Source of the DNA: Mobula birostris
Lineage: Eukaryota
Assembly (NCBI RefSeq): GCF_030028105.1
Contig: NC_092374.1
Location: 116,139,589 to 116,203,588 of the forward strand
DNA: 64,000 bases
Reading direction: 5' to 3'
A program made the translations under genes and the position numbers. Position 1 is the stretch's first letter; each line of letters opens with the position of its first letter. This document shows positions 50,573-62,078 of the stretch, in pieces. The notes under the pieces were generated by a model, which saw only the letters and a program-made list of their open reading frames with translations, was not told where the DNA came from and ran no database searches.

Positions 50573-50724
50573 TAATGGATCTTGGTAAAAACGAACTGGA
50601 AGCAGTTGTGAAAGGTATGACTGACTGTTACTTAATATTTTACTCCATTTTAGCAGACAAAATCAAATTAGTTAATAGTAATTTTGATAATAGTTTGATT
50701 GCAAGTATCATAGTGAAATAACAT

Positions 50725-51018
50725 CAGAGAGTCATTGAAGCAAGACCTTTGGCTCACCAAGTCCACAAAACTGGGTCAACTACCCAATTATCTTCATCAA
50801 TTTTTCCCAGATTCTATCACTCAGGAGCATTTACAGTGGCCATTTAACCTAACAATCCATGTCTTAGGGATGTGGAAAGAAAGTGGAATCTGCCAGAGTC
50901 AAGCATGCAATCAAAGAGAGAATATGAAATCTCCACAAAGACAGCAGCTGAGGTCACATTGAACTGGGGTCTCTGACACTGTAAACCAGGGCCTATATTA
51001 GCTCTGTCACTCTGTCAT
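50725..51018 (-). mobile_element. V-SINE remnant
   Basis: Reverse complement of V-domain and tRNA head (gggatgtggaaagaaa...ctccacaaagacagc...ttgaactggggtc). Confidence 0.65.
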
Positions 51019-52699
51019 CGCAATGGTTGTAATAAGTGCTTTAAGCCCTATAAGATTGAATATTATCTAGTAGATTGGTTGACAAATAAAACAGTACCAA
51101 TCTCTTATTCCATGCAGTGGTAAAGGCTTGAACTTCATGATCCCATTCTGGTTCCTAATTACTGGGAAACCTATCAAGTACTGTGATTTAATTTACACAT
51201 TGTGCATCCAGAGGGATGAGCTGATATTCAAGATTTGAATTTGAATCTGATCACAGTATCTAGGGAATTTAAATTCAGTTAATTAAACAAGGTTGTAGAC
51301 GTACAGTGAGTAATGGTGACCATGGGTATTACCGGATAAACAACTGTATTACATAGCATGATTCCTTTTGCTTAGGGTGGTGGAAGCATTCGAGAAGCAG
51401 ATAGTCATAGTAAAGGTGGGGGGATTTTGGCTGATCATGAAGGTGGAAAGCTGATAGATGGCGGGGTGGAGATTTACCAAATACTTTTTTGGGCATGAAG
51501 GACATATTCTTCCCCCCACAAGCTTAACTCATGGATTATTCTCTTCCCTGCAAGCTTTCCCTGGCAAGTAGAATCTTCATTTTGCTCCGCAACCCAGCTG
51601 CAGCAACACTGGGTTGGCTTTCAGTTTCAGATTTCCAACTCTGTACCACTGGCGTGAATAAAACATTCTTATTTTGTTAGGGAAGGGGTAAAGGTAAAGT
51701 TATTTTCAAAAGCTTCATGACACTTTTAAAGGGGCGGACAACACTCAATAGCTAGCCAACATTCTTCGCTTAACCTATCAATATGGAAAATACAACGTAG
51801 AACAGTACAGGCTCTTTGACACACAATATTATGCTGACCTTTTAACCTACTCTTCCCTCCTACATCATCCTTCACTTTTTTCTTTCATCCAGGCTATCTA
51901 AGAGTCTTGAAAATGTCCCTAATGTATGCAGCTGCCCCTACTGTCACCCCAGGCAGGCTGCTCCATGCACCTTCCACTCTCCATGTAAAACAAAACCTAC
52001 TTCTGAATATCTCCCATATACTCTCCTCTAATCAAATTATCACCTTTCATATTAGCTAATTCCACCCTGGGGAGAAGACTCTGGCTATCCACTTGATCTA
52101 TGACTCCTTATCTTTTACACCTCTTTGAGGCCACCTCTCTTCCTCCTTTGCTGCAAAAAGAAAATCCCTAGATTGCTCAACCTATTCTCACCTTTCCAAT
52201 CCAGGCAGTATTCTGGTAAATCTCCTCTGCACCCTCTTTAAAGCTTCCACTTCCTTTCTATAAATGTGGCAAGCAGAAATGAACACATTATTCCAAATAT
52301 GGTCTGACCAGACTTTTACATAGCTGCAACATTACCTCAAAGCTCTTGAACTCAATCTGCCAACTAATGAAGGCCAACACACCATATGCCTTCTTAACAA
52401 CACTATGAACTTGTGCAGCATCTTTGATAGATCTGTGGAGAAGAACCCGAAGATCCCTCTGTTTCCTCACACTGCTAAGAACACTGCTTTTAACCCTGTA
52501 CTCTGCATTCAAATTCATCCATCCAAAATGAATAACTTTACACTTTCCCAGATTGAACTCCATTTGCCTTTCTCAGCCCAGTTCTGTGTCCAATCAATGC
52601 CCCGTTGTAACTTATGACAACTTCCTACACTATACACAACACCACCAACCTTAATATCCAATCCTCTATCCCTGATTAGTCATACTCTCACTCTAGTCA

Positions 52700-54729
52700 T
52701 ATAACCATATAACTATTACAGCACAGAAACAGGCCATCTCGGCCCTTCTAGTCCGTGCCGAACTCTTACTCTCACCTAGTCCCACCGACCTGCACTCAGC
52801 CCATAACCCTCCATTCCTTTCCTGTCCATATAGCTGTCCAATTTAACTTCAAATGACAACATCGAACCTGCCTCAACCACTTCTGCTGGAAGCTCATTCC
52901 ACACAGCTACCACTCTCTGAGTAAGGATGTTCCCCCTCATGTTACCCCTAAACTTTTGTCCTTTAAATCTCAACTCATGTCCTCTTGTTTGAATCTCCCC
53001 CACTCTCAATGGAAAAAACCTATCCACATCAACTCTAACTATCCCCCTCATAATTTTAAATACCTCTATCAAGTCCCCTCTCAACCTTCTACGTTCCAGA
53101 GAATAAAGACCCAACTTGTTCAACCTCTCTCTGTAACTCAGGTGATGAAACCCAGGTAACATTCTAGTAAATATTCTCTGTACTCTCTCTATTTTGGTGA
53201 CATCTTTCCTATAATTCAGTGCCCAAAACTGTACACAATACAAATTTGGCCTCACCAATGCCTTGTACAATTTCAACATTACATCCCAACTCCTATACTC
53301 AAGTGTCTGATTTATAAAGGCCAGCATACCAAAAGCTTTCTTCACCACCATATCCTCATGAGATTCCACCTTCAGGGAACTATGCACCATTATTCCTAGA
53401 TCCCTCTGTTCTGCTGCATTCTTCAATGCCCTATCATTTACCATGTATGTCCTATTTTGATTAGTCCTACCAAAATGTAGCACCTCACACTTATTAGCAT
53501 TAAACTCCATCTGCCATCTTTCAGCCCACTCTTCTAACTGGCCTAAATCACTCTGCAAGCTTTGAAAACCTACTTCATTATCCACAACTCCACCTATCTT
53601 AGTACCATCTGCATACTTACTCATCCAATTTACCAACCCATCATCCAGATCATTAATGTATATGACAAATAACATTGGTCCCAGTACAGATCCCTGAGGC
53701 ACACCACTGGTCACCAGTCTCCAATCTGACAAACAGTTATCCACCACCACTCTCTGGCATCTCCCATCCAGCCACTGCTGAATCCATTTTACTACTTCAA
53801 TATTAATACCTAACGATTGAACCTTCCTAACCAACCTTCCATGTGGGACCTTGTCAAAGGCCTTACTGAAGTCCATATAGACAACATCCACCGCTTTACC
53901 CTCATCAACTTTCCTAGTAACCTCTTCAAAAAATTCAATAAGATTTGTCAAACATGGTCTTCCACACACAAATCCATGTTGACTGTTCCTAATCAGACCC
54001 TGTCTATCCAGATAATTATATATACCATCTCTAAGAATACTTTCCAAAATGATCTACTTATTATTGGTGAGAATGGCCACAGGGGTGCTCTGCTCATTCT
54101 GTCTATTCCCCTTCCCTCTCCTGACAGTCATCCAGCTACCTATCTCCTGACCCTTAGGGGTGACTATCTCCCCAAAACTCCTGTTTATTTCTGCCTCTGC
54201 CTCCCGAATGATCCAAAGTTCATTCAACTCCAACTCCAGTTCCCTAACTCAGTTTGTCAGGAGCTGTAGCTGGATGCACCTTTCGCAGGTGCAGTCATCA
54301 GGGGCAATTGTGCTCGCCCTGACTTCCCACATCCTGCAAACGGAGCGCTCTAATGCCCTAACTGCTGCCTCCATTACCTACTCTTAAGGTAATTAAATTT
54401 ATTAAAGGAACTTACCCAACCTTACCACACTTGGAGTGAAGCTCTTCCTCAGCCTCTGCTCGCTGAAGCCTCAGGAGCCAAAGCCTTCCTACTCTTTTTC
54501 CCACTACTCCGTTGCCCACTACAACGTCACCCGCTCCGTTAATCTGCTCTCTTTTAAATACTCCCGTTGCCTCACGGTCCGACTTACACGCGCTTGTGCA
54601 GTCGTGCCCCATTCAACTGCCGAAGAAAGTGACCAACTTCCACAAACTGCTCTCTTTTAAATACTGCCTGCCTCATGGTCCGACTTACAGGCGCTTGCGC
54701 AGTCATGCCCCGTTCAACTGCCGAAGAAA
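52700..54729 (-). mobile_element. Younger internally deleted CR1: 5' UTR + ORF1 N-terminus joined to the RT half of ORF2
   Basis: 423-aa open RT frame 52776-54047 (YMDFSKAFDKVPH, GVPQGSVLGP, KYADGTK); ORF1 start MEAAVRALE at ~54374; (atatggtt) tail. Confidence 0.93.
54544..54729 (-). repeat. Two ~85-bp direct repeats (period ~103 bp) in the CR1 5' UTR
   Basis: ctgctctcttttaaatact...ggtccgacttaca.gcgcttg.gcagtc.tgcccc.ttcaactgccgaagaaa at 54544-54628 and 54647-54729. Confidence 0.9.
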
Positions 54730-56467
54730 TCTTCCTCTTGTGCACGTATGTGTAGAATGTCTTGGGGTTTTCCTTAGTGCCACTTGCCATGGCCTTGTTA
54801 TGCCCCTTTCTAACTCTCCAAAGTCCATTCTTCAGCTCCTTCTTGGATACATTGCACCTTTCTAGAGCCCTGTCTGATCCTGGCTTCTTCAACCCTATGT
54901 AAGCTTCCTTCTTCATCTTGACTAGATGTTCCACATCTCTTGTCAACCATTGTTTCTTCATCCTACCATCCTTTCCCTGCTCAATGGGGCAAACCCATCC
55001 AGAACCCCATGCAAGTGCTCCAAAAACAACCTTCACATTTCCATTGTACATTTCTCTTGACTACAGCCATTTGCAATCCATGCTCCCAAGTTCCTACCTA
55101 ATAACACCATAATTTGCCCTCCCCCAGATAAATGCTCCCATCCCTGTCCAAGGCTATGGTAAAATCAGTGAGCGTGGTAACTGTCTCTGAAATGCTCACT
55201 AACTGAGCAATCCATCACCTGATCAGGTTCATTGCCTACTACCAGTTCCAGTCTGGCCTCTTCTCTAGCCAGTCTTCATACGGTGACAGGAATCCTTCCA
55301 AGACAAATTCTGCTCCATTTAAATACCTTGCACTAAGGAGGGTGCCAATCAAGATCAGCAAAGTTGAAGTCACTCATGACAACAATCATGTTATCATTGC
55401 AGCTTTCCAAAAATTGCCTCCTGATCTGCTCCTCAGTGTCTCTGTTACTATTGAGAGGTGGGGAGGGAGGTGGCTATAGAATACTCCCAAGAGTGATTTT
55501 GTTCACTTCCTGTTTCTAACTTCCAATCATACTGACTCAATGGATGATCCCTCTATGATGTGCTCTCTTTCTGCAGCTGTGATACTAACGCTGATTAGCA
55601 TTGCCACTCTCCCACTCTTTTATCTTCTTCACTGTCCCTTTTGAAACATCTAAGGCATGGAAGGAGAACACCAGCCATTCCTGCCCTTGTGACAGCCATG
55701 TCTCTGTAGTGGCCACAGCATCAAAGCTCATCATCTTTGATGCTTCTTACATTAACTGATCCAACTGACTTTGATTATACCCCATCTGCTCCCTATCCTT
55801 CCTCCCCGTCTCTCTACATGCTGTATCTACCTTTAGACCAATTGCCCCATCCTCTGACTTATCACTCTCATTCTCATCACCTGCCAAACTAGTTTAAACC
55901 TTTCCAAGAGCTCTAGCAAACCTGCTAGAGTTCAGCTGTAATTGTGCTGGTCATACCTTCCCCAGAAAGGATCCCAATGAGCTACAAGTCTGAAACCCTG
56001 CCCACTGCACCAGTTCTTCAGCCACACATTCATCTGGCACATCATCCTATTCTTACTCACTGGTGCACAGCACAAGTAGTGTTCTAGAGATTTCCACCCT
56101 TGACTGCCTGCTTTTCAGCTTCCAAACCAGCTACCTATATTCTCTCTTCAGTACCTCACACCTTTTCCTACCTACGTTGTCGGTGGGAGGTAGCTGGTAG
56201 GTCGACATATACCATGACTTCTGGCTGCTCCCCCTCTCCCTTAGGAATACTGTGGACACGACCTAGGATGTCCCTGACCCCGGCGTCTTGCACAATTAAA
56301 TTGACAGATTATTACTTTCATGTCTGCTTTCGAAATTTTACTTTCTAGAACTGAGAGATTGAGAATTCTAGTGCTATGCAAACTAACAAGTATTTCCCTA
56401 TCTTGTAATCTTTAGTTTTCTTTAATTGATTAGCAGTGTTTAAAATTAGAAGTGCCTCTTTTTCACC

Positions 56468-57000
56468 TTAGACAGTTGAAGAAGTTTGGTATGGACCCCC
56501 AAATCCTAAGAACTTTCTCCAGGGGCACAATTGAGAGCATCCTGACTGGCTGCATCACTGCCTAGTATGGGAACTGTACTTCCCTCAATCTCAGGACTCT
56601 GCAGAGAGTGGTACAGACAGCCCAGCTCATCTGTAGTTGTGAACTTCCCACTATTCAGGACATTTACAAAGACAGGTCTGTAAAAAGGGCCTGAAGGATC
56701 ACTGGGGACCCGAGTCACCCCAAGCACAAACTCTTCCGTCTGCTACCATCCCAGAAATGGTACTGCAGCATAAAAGCCAGGACCAACAGGCTCCGGGACA
56801 GCTTTTTCCGCAAGGCCATCAGACTGATTAATTCATGCTACAATTGTATTTCTATGTTACACTGGCTGTCCTGTTGTACATACTATTTATTATAAATTAC
56901 TATAAATTGCACATTGCACATTTAGACAGAGAAGTAACACAAAGATTTTTACTCCTCGTGTATATGAAGGATGTAAGTAATAAAGCCAATTCAATTCAAT
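56468..57000 (+). mobile_element. Rex1/Babar LINE 3' fragment
   Basis: LRQLKKFGMDPQIL, TIESILTGCITA.YGNC; aataaagccaattcaattcaat tail. Confidence 0.9.
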
Positions 57001-57019
57001 ATATTTTATTAACTATCAA

Positions 57020-58478
57020 TGCTGTCCTCATCAGCATCTCCACCATTTCCCACACAACTGCCCGCAGCCCTTCTTCCACCTTTCTTAACAGAATGGAGTT
57101 CCCCTGGTCCTTATCTACTATCCCATGAGCCACCGTACATTTTCTATGCAGATCATTCTCTGTAACGTCCGCCATCTACAACAGGATCCAACCACTAAGC
57201 ACATCTTACCCTCCTCTACCACTCTCTGCTTTCAGTAGGGATCACTCACTAAGGGACCCCCTTGTCCACTCATCCTTCCCCATTGATCTCCCTCTTGGCA
57301 CTTATCCCTTCTATCAGGATGAGTGCTGCATCTGTCCCTACTCCTCCGCCCTCACCACCACTCAGGGCCCCGGACAGCCTTTGCCAGTGAGGCAACACTT
57401 TATTGGGGCCATCTATTGTATTGGAGTGGCCTCCTCTGCATCAAAGAGATGGAAGACAGCTCCTTTGAGAACCTTCATTCCATCTGCCAGAAAAGGCAAG
57501 AATTCTCGTGGTCATCCACTTCAATCCAACCTCCCACTTCCACTTCAACATGTCTCTCCATAGCGTCGTCTACTGTGATGAAGAGGCCACACTCAGGTGG
57601 GAGGAATAATACCTCATATTCCATCCTAGGTAGCCTCCAATCTGATGGCATAAGCATTGATTTTTCTAACTTCCAATAATATCTCCCCTCCTCCCCATTT
57701 TCTCTTTTCCATTCCCCATTCTGATTCTCCTCTCATCCCTTCTCTTCATCTGCCCTACAGATTCTCCTCTTTCCCTTTCTTCCATGGATCTCTGTCCTCT
57801 CCTACCAGATTCCTCCTTTTTCAGACCTTTATCTCCTCCACCTATCAGCTTCCAGCTTCTCACTTCATCCACCCTCCCACCCACACACCTTCCCCCTCAC
57901 CTGGTTTCACCTATCACCTGCCAGCTTGTACTTCTTTCCCCTCTTTCACCTTCTTATTCTGGCTTCTTTCCCCTTCTTTTCTCATCATATAAATATACAA
58001 CGGGGGGGGCGGGAGGGTCTTGAGTTAGAAAGTGCTCTGTAAGAGAAGGATTTGGCTGTCTTGGTAGACTTATCACTAGCAACCTCTGGACAATGCACAG
58101 AAGCAATTAGGAAGGCTAATACATTGTTGGGCTATATAATGCACTCAGTGGAGTTGAAATCCAGAGACGTTCTCCTTAAGCTGTATAATGTGTTCGCGAG
58201 GCCACACCTTGAGTACAATGCACAATTTTAGTATCCATATTTTGTGACGGATACAAAGAGATTTTCAAATCTAAACTTGATAGTTATTTCACAACACTAT
58301 GTGAATAGAAATTTGGCTAGCTTTGTTGGGCCGAATGGCCTGTTCTTGTCAAAAGACTTTCTAATGTACATGAAGAAGAGCCTTGACCTGAAACGTCAAC
58401 TGTTTATTCCTCTCCACAGATGCTGCCTAATTTGCTCGGTTCTTCCAACATTTTGCTGTTGCTCAGGATCTGTAGAAA
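57020..58478 (+). mobile_element. Penelope-like element 3' part (GIY-YIG endonuclease remnant, pyrimidine-rich 3' UTR, terminal hammerhead-like motif), interrupted by CR1
   Basis: VPLVL.Y.P, QQDPTTKHI, PLSAF, SLRDPLV, C.ICPY, AIYCI, HFN, HLIF.LGSLQ.DG.SIDFSNF; terminus tgaaga..GAAACGTCaactg at 58371-58402. Confidence 0.85.
57988..58368 (+). mobile_element. CR1 fragment inserted into the Penelope 3' region
   Basis: EKDLAVLVD, KANTLLGYI, RPHLEY; ttgttgggccgaatggcctgttct 3' end. Confidence 0.8.
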
Positions 58479-58530
58479 CTCTGGTGTATATGATATATTT
58501 CAAGCAGCTTTTATAATATAAAAAGAAACA

Positions 58531-58665
58531 CAGTCCTGAAGAAGGGTCTTGGCTCAAAATGTCGACTACTTGTGTGTTTCCATACATGCTGCCTGACCCG
58601 TTGTGTTCCTCCAGTATTTTGTGTATTGCTTTGGATTTCCAGCATTTGCAGAATTTCTCATGTTT
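58531..58665 (+). mobile_element. Penelope-terminus short repeat with decayed hammerhead motif
   Basis: cagtc-CTGAAGA-agggtcttggctc-AAAA-tgtc-gact...atgctgcctgacc...ccagtattttgtgt...ggatttccagcatttgcag. Confidence 0.8.
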
Positions 58666-59354
58666 ATAATTTAAATTATCTCAGTAAAAAAAATAAATTT
58701 GTCCTGGTGTAAGTTCCATCAGTTGAAGCCATTTGCTCCTTTATTTGGTTTTATTGGGTTAAAAACCTAAAATTTAATAACAGAAACTGATTAAGGTAGC
58801 ATGAATTCAAAGTAATGGTGACTATTAGAGTCATTAAGATTTTCACAAAATGAATAGGAGAAAGGATGGATTAATGAAGGAAGGCTGTGCCTATTGAATT
58901 TATTTAAAATTACAGAAATTCAACTGAATGTCAAATGAAGATGCAATAGTTTCAATTACATATTGCATTGGAAGGCATTGGACAGAGGGTTTTGAAGAAA
59001 GGTTTATATAAAAACCAACAAATAGATGGACTTAAGGGTTGAAGAATTAAAACTGATTAAAAATGATTTAGACAATCCAAACCAGATCCCACTTATGAAT
59101 AGTTGTAAATTAAAAAGGAGAATGATGACTACAGGCACCTAACAATTAACAAGTCATGACAACCGGAGCATTAATTTGTGTATGCAGATTCATTGAAAGA
59201 ATTCTAATGGTATCAGTGAAAATAAGAGCTGAACAATTAGGTAGTATGCTGATTAATACATCTACATAAAGCAACCAACCATTGGAAAGATGAAGAAAAG
59301 AGAAAAGGAACAGGGTGATTGGATAAAGCATTGTGAATTACATCCATATATAGA

Positions 59355-59650
59355 GACACACAGCATGGAAACAACCCTTTCTGCCCAGGGTATTCAGATT
59401 TATCATCAAGCACTCTTCTTCACTAATCCCATTTTTTTCACATCTCACCTTGCTATTTTCTCTCACCCATCCTCGAACCTACCTCACTGTCAATCACACT
59501 GCCAGCAAGCAAGTCTTTGGCAAGTGTAGGAAGTCCATGCAGTCACTGGGAAGAACATGCAAACTCCACATAAACAGCACCTAAGACCAGAATTGAACCC
59601 AGATGGCTGTGGGTTTTGGGGCATCAGTATTGTCTGTGATGCCTCTGCCC
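59355..59650 (-). mobile_element. V-SINE remnant
   Basis: gggaagaacatgcaaactccacataaacagcac...aattgaacccag (reverse complement of V-domain and B box). Confidence 0.7.
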
Positions 59651-61664
59651 GCCCAACATTTTCTACTCTCTGCTTCCTCTCCCCATGCAATACGATGCTC
59701 TGATACAGTCCTGTGCTGTGAGTAGCCCCACGTCACTGAAAAGCACCAACATTGTAGCACCACTTAAGGTGCTAACGTGAAATTGCTGCAGTCATCAAGG
59801 GAATGAATAGTGTTGATCCTGCATATATATTGAGCACAGAAAGTGAGCCTGGCAGATGCTGTGAGCCAAAATTTGATAACACATGGGGGCCCCTGTAATT
59901 TGCATCTCTTCTAATCTGATCTTCTGCATTGTGATTAATAAACAAAGGAGTTAAGTTGCAATTCCATACATCATCTTATGCCAGTAATGACGAAAATGGT
60001 CACTCTGCATGAATCATTAGATTAGTGACCACTGTGACTAATATATGCATTAAGGTAAACATGCACAGAATTGCCTAGTCCAATTTCCCAATGAGTGCTA
60101 TTTGACCAAGTTATGATAGCCAGCATGATCAAATCCCAGAATGACTACTTCTATGGATGATTTGCACATAAAATATGTGTGCAAAAGGTCCACCAGCTCA
60201 GCTCCTGTTATCTTTTGTTTATGACATTCAAATGAATGCTGTGAGCTGGCAATGAAATATTAATTTTTATCACCCTAGTGCATTGGAATAAAATACTGTC
60301 AATGATATTACCTGCTCATTAAGAAGAAGCTAAACCCAGCACATTACAAATATACTTTATAGGAAGACAGAAGATCATCATGAAAATATTGTTAATAATT
60401 CATTACGGAGTCTAATTGTCACCACAGGGGCAGCAGGTTTACCAAATTACCCTGAGTCTCAATGGTGTCTTTCATTTAGAGTTAATTATACTGATGAGAT
60501 TTATAATGATTAATATATGGAGCAAGAAATTATTCAGAACAATGCCCGAGCACCAATTCTTTCTATAATAGTTCTCCTCATTTCTTTGGGACCAGCCTAT
60601 GTGCTGACATAACAAGTGTTTATTTCACATATCTAACAACATTGAGGTGATGATGAGCACCATTTTGAACTGCCACAGCATTTCATCTGAGGATACTCAC
60701 ACAATGTTGTAGGCTACGGATGTCCAGGATTGAGACTCAGTTTTAATGTGGGAATGGCAATATATTTTCAAAGCTGTGGCATGAACTTCCAGAGGTACCA
60801 GCAGGTACAGGCACCTGCTGTCCACATACTAAATGGTGGTAGTGAGTGAACATTTGTGAGGTGCTTTTGGAGTAGACTGGAGATGAAGTGCAGTGTGTAT
60901 TGGAAGTGGAACACACTAAACCACTGTGAGGAAGGAAAATAATTTTTAAGGTAGTTGATTCCGTACCCATCGAGTGGGCTGCTTTGTTCTTAGTGGTGTT
61001 GAAGCTTATTTCGATAGTTGCCGTACTCCATCACATGCCTGCTCTCTGACTTGTAGATGGTGGAAAGGCTCTGGAGTATCAAGGGATGAATCACTCACAG
61101 CAGGACATCAAACCTCTGACCTACTCCTGAAGTTACATGATTAGTACTGCTGGTCCAGCTGAAAATCTTGACAATTCTTATCACTGTCCACTGTACTGGA
61201 ACATGAAATTTAAAACATATGTTTCAAAGTTAAAATATTGATCACTTACCTTGCTTATTTCTAAAAAAGGTAATGATAACAATTTACTAACACCACATGA
61301 TTGCTGCAGGTTATTGTGATGGTAAATCCTAGTTATTGTGATGGTCACTGAATGCCAAGCATAAACAGTTCGATTCTAATGTTGGAGATGGCCTTTGGCC
61401 TGGCACATGTGTGGCATCAATGTTACTTGCCGCTTATTAGCCCACACCTGTATATTTATTAGATCTTGATTCATACAAACAGGGACTGCATCATTTGTTG
61501 CGAAAGTCTGAATGGAATTGCTGAGTATGAAAGTTGGGTATGGAGAAGCAAGTGGTGTTATGCGGCAACAGCCAGGTATGACCCTCTGCCCAGGAAAGTT
61601 AGATTCAGCCTGACCCTGATCTCCATGGGCAAACTAGTAAAAGCACACTATCAGTTTGTTTCTT

Positions 61665-61965
61665 TATTTTTATTTAGTGCTACAGCATGGAGTAGGCCCT
61701 TCTGGTCTTTCGAGCTGTGCTGCACAACCCCAGCAGCCCCTGACAACACTGATTTAACCACAACCTAATCATGGGACAATTTACAATGACTAATTAAAAT
61801 ACCCAGTACATCTCCGAACAGGAGGAGAAAAAGAGGAGCACCCCGGAACAACACATGCATTCCATGAGGGAGGATCTACAGAGACTCCTTACAGAGGATG
61901 CCAGAACTGCAAACTGAACTCCAAGCTGTAATGGTGTTGCACTAACAACTACAGTACTGTGATTC
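61665..61965 (-). mobile_element. V-SINE remnant
   Basis: ggacaatttacaatgactaattaa...gagcaccccgga...gactccttacagag; same layout as 12850-13745. Confidence 0.7.
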
Positions 61966-62078
61966 CATAGCAAGTCATGGATCTCAGTGAGGACCCAGAA
62001 TGTAGCTTGGGTGCTCGTGTTACAATAGCACCTTGCCATGGAAAGTATGGTTAATAAAATCTAATTGTTTTGCCAGTA

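Larger units (their letters stand above)
51795..56290 (-). mobile_element. Old, long CR1 LINE (ORF1 esterase, EN, RT 3' part) interrupted by a younger CR1
   Basis: 3' part 51795-52655 (MEFNLGKCKVIHFG, LVRPYLE); EN and ORF1 remnants 54730-56290; flanks read through across the younger insertion (ctagtcat|cttcctctt). Confidence 0.85.

Noticed and set aside
52776-54047. 423-aa ORF as a host gene or active RT
   Set aside because: It is the RT half of CR1 ORF2 with YADD mutated to YADG and no endonuclease
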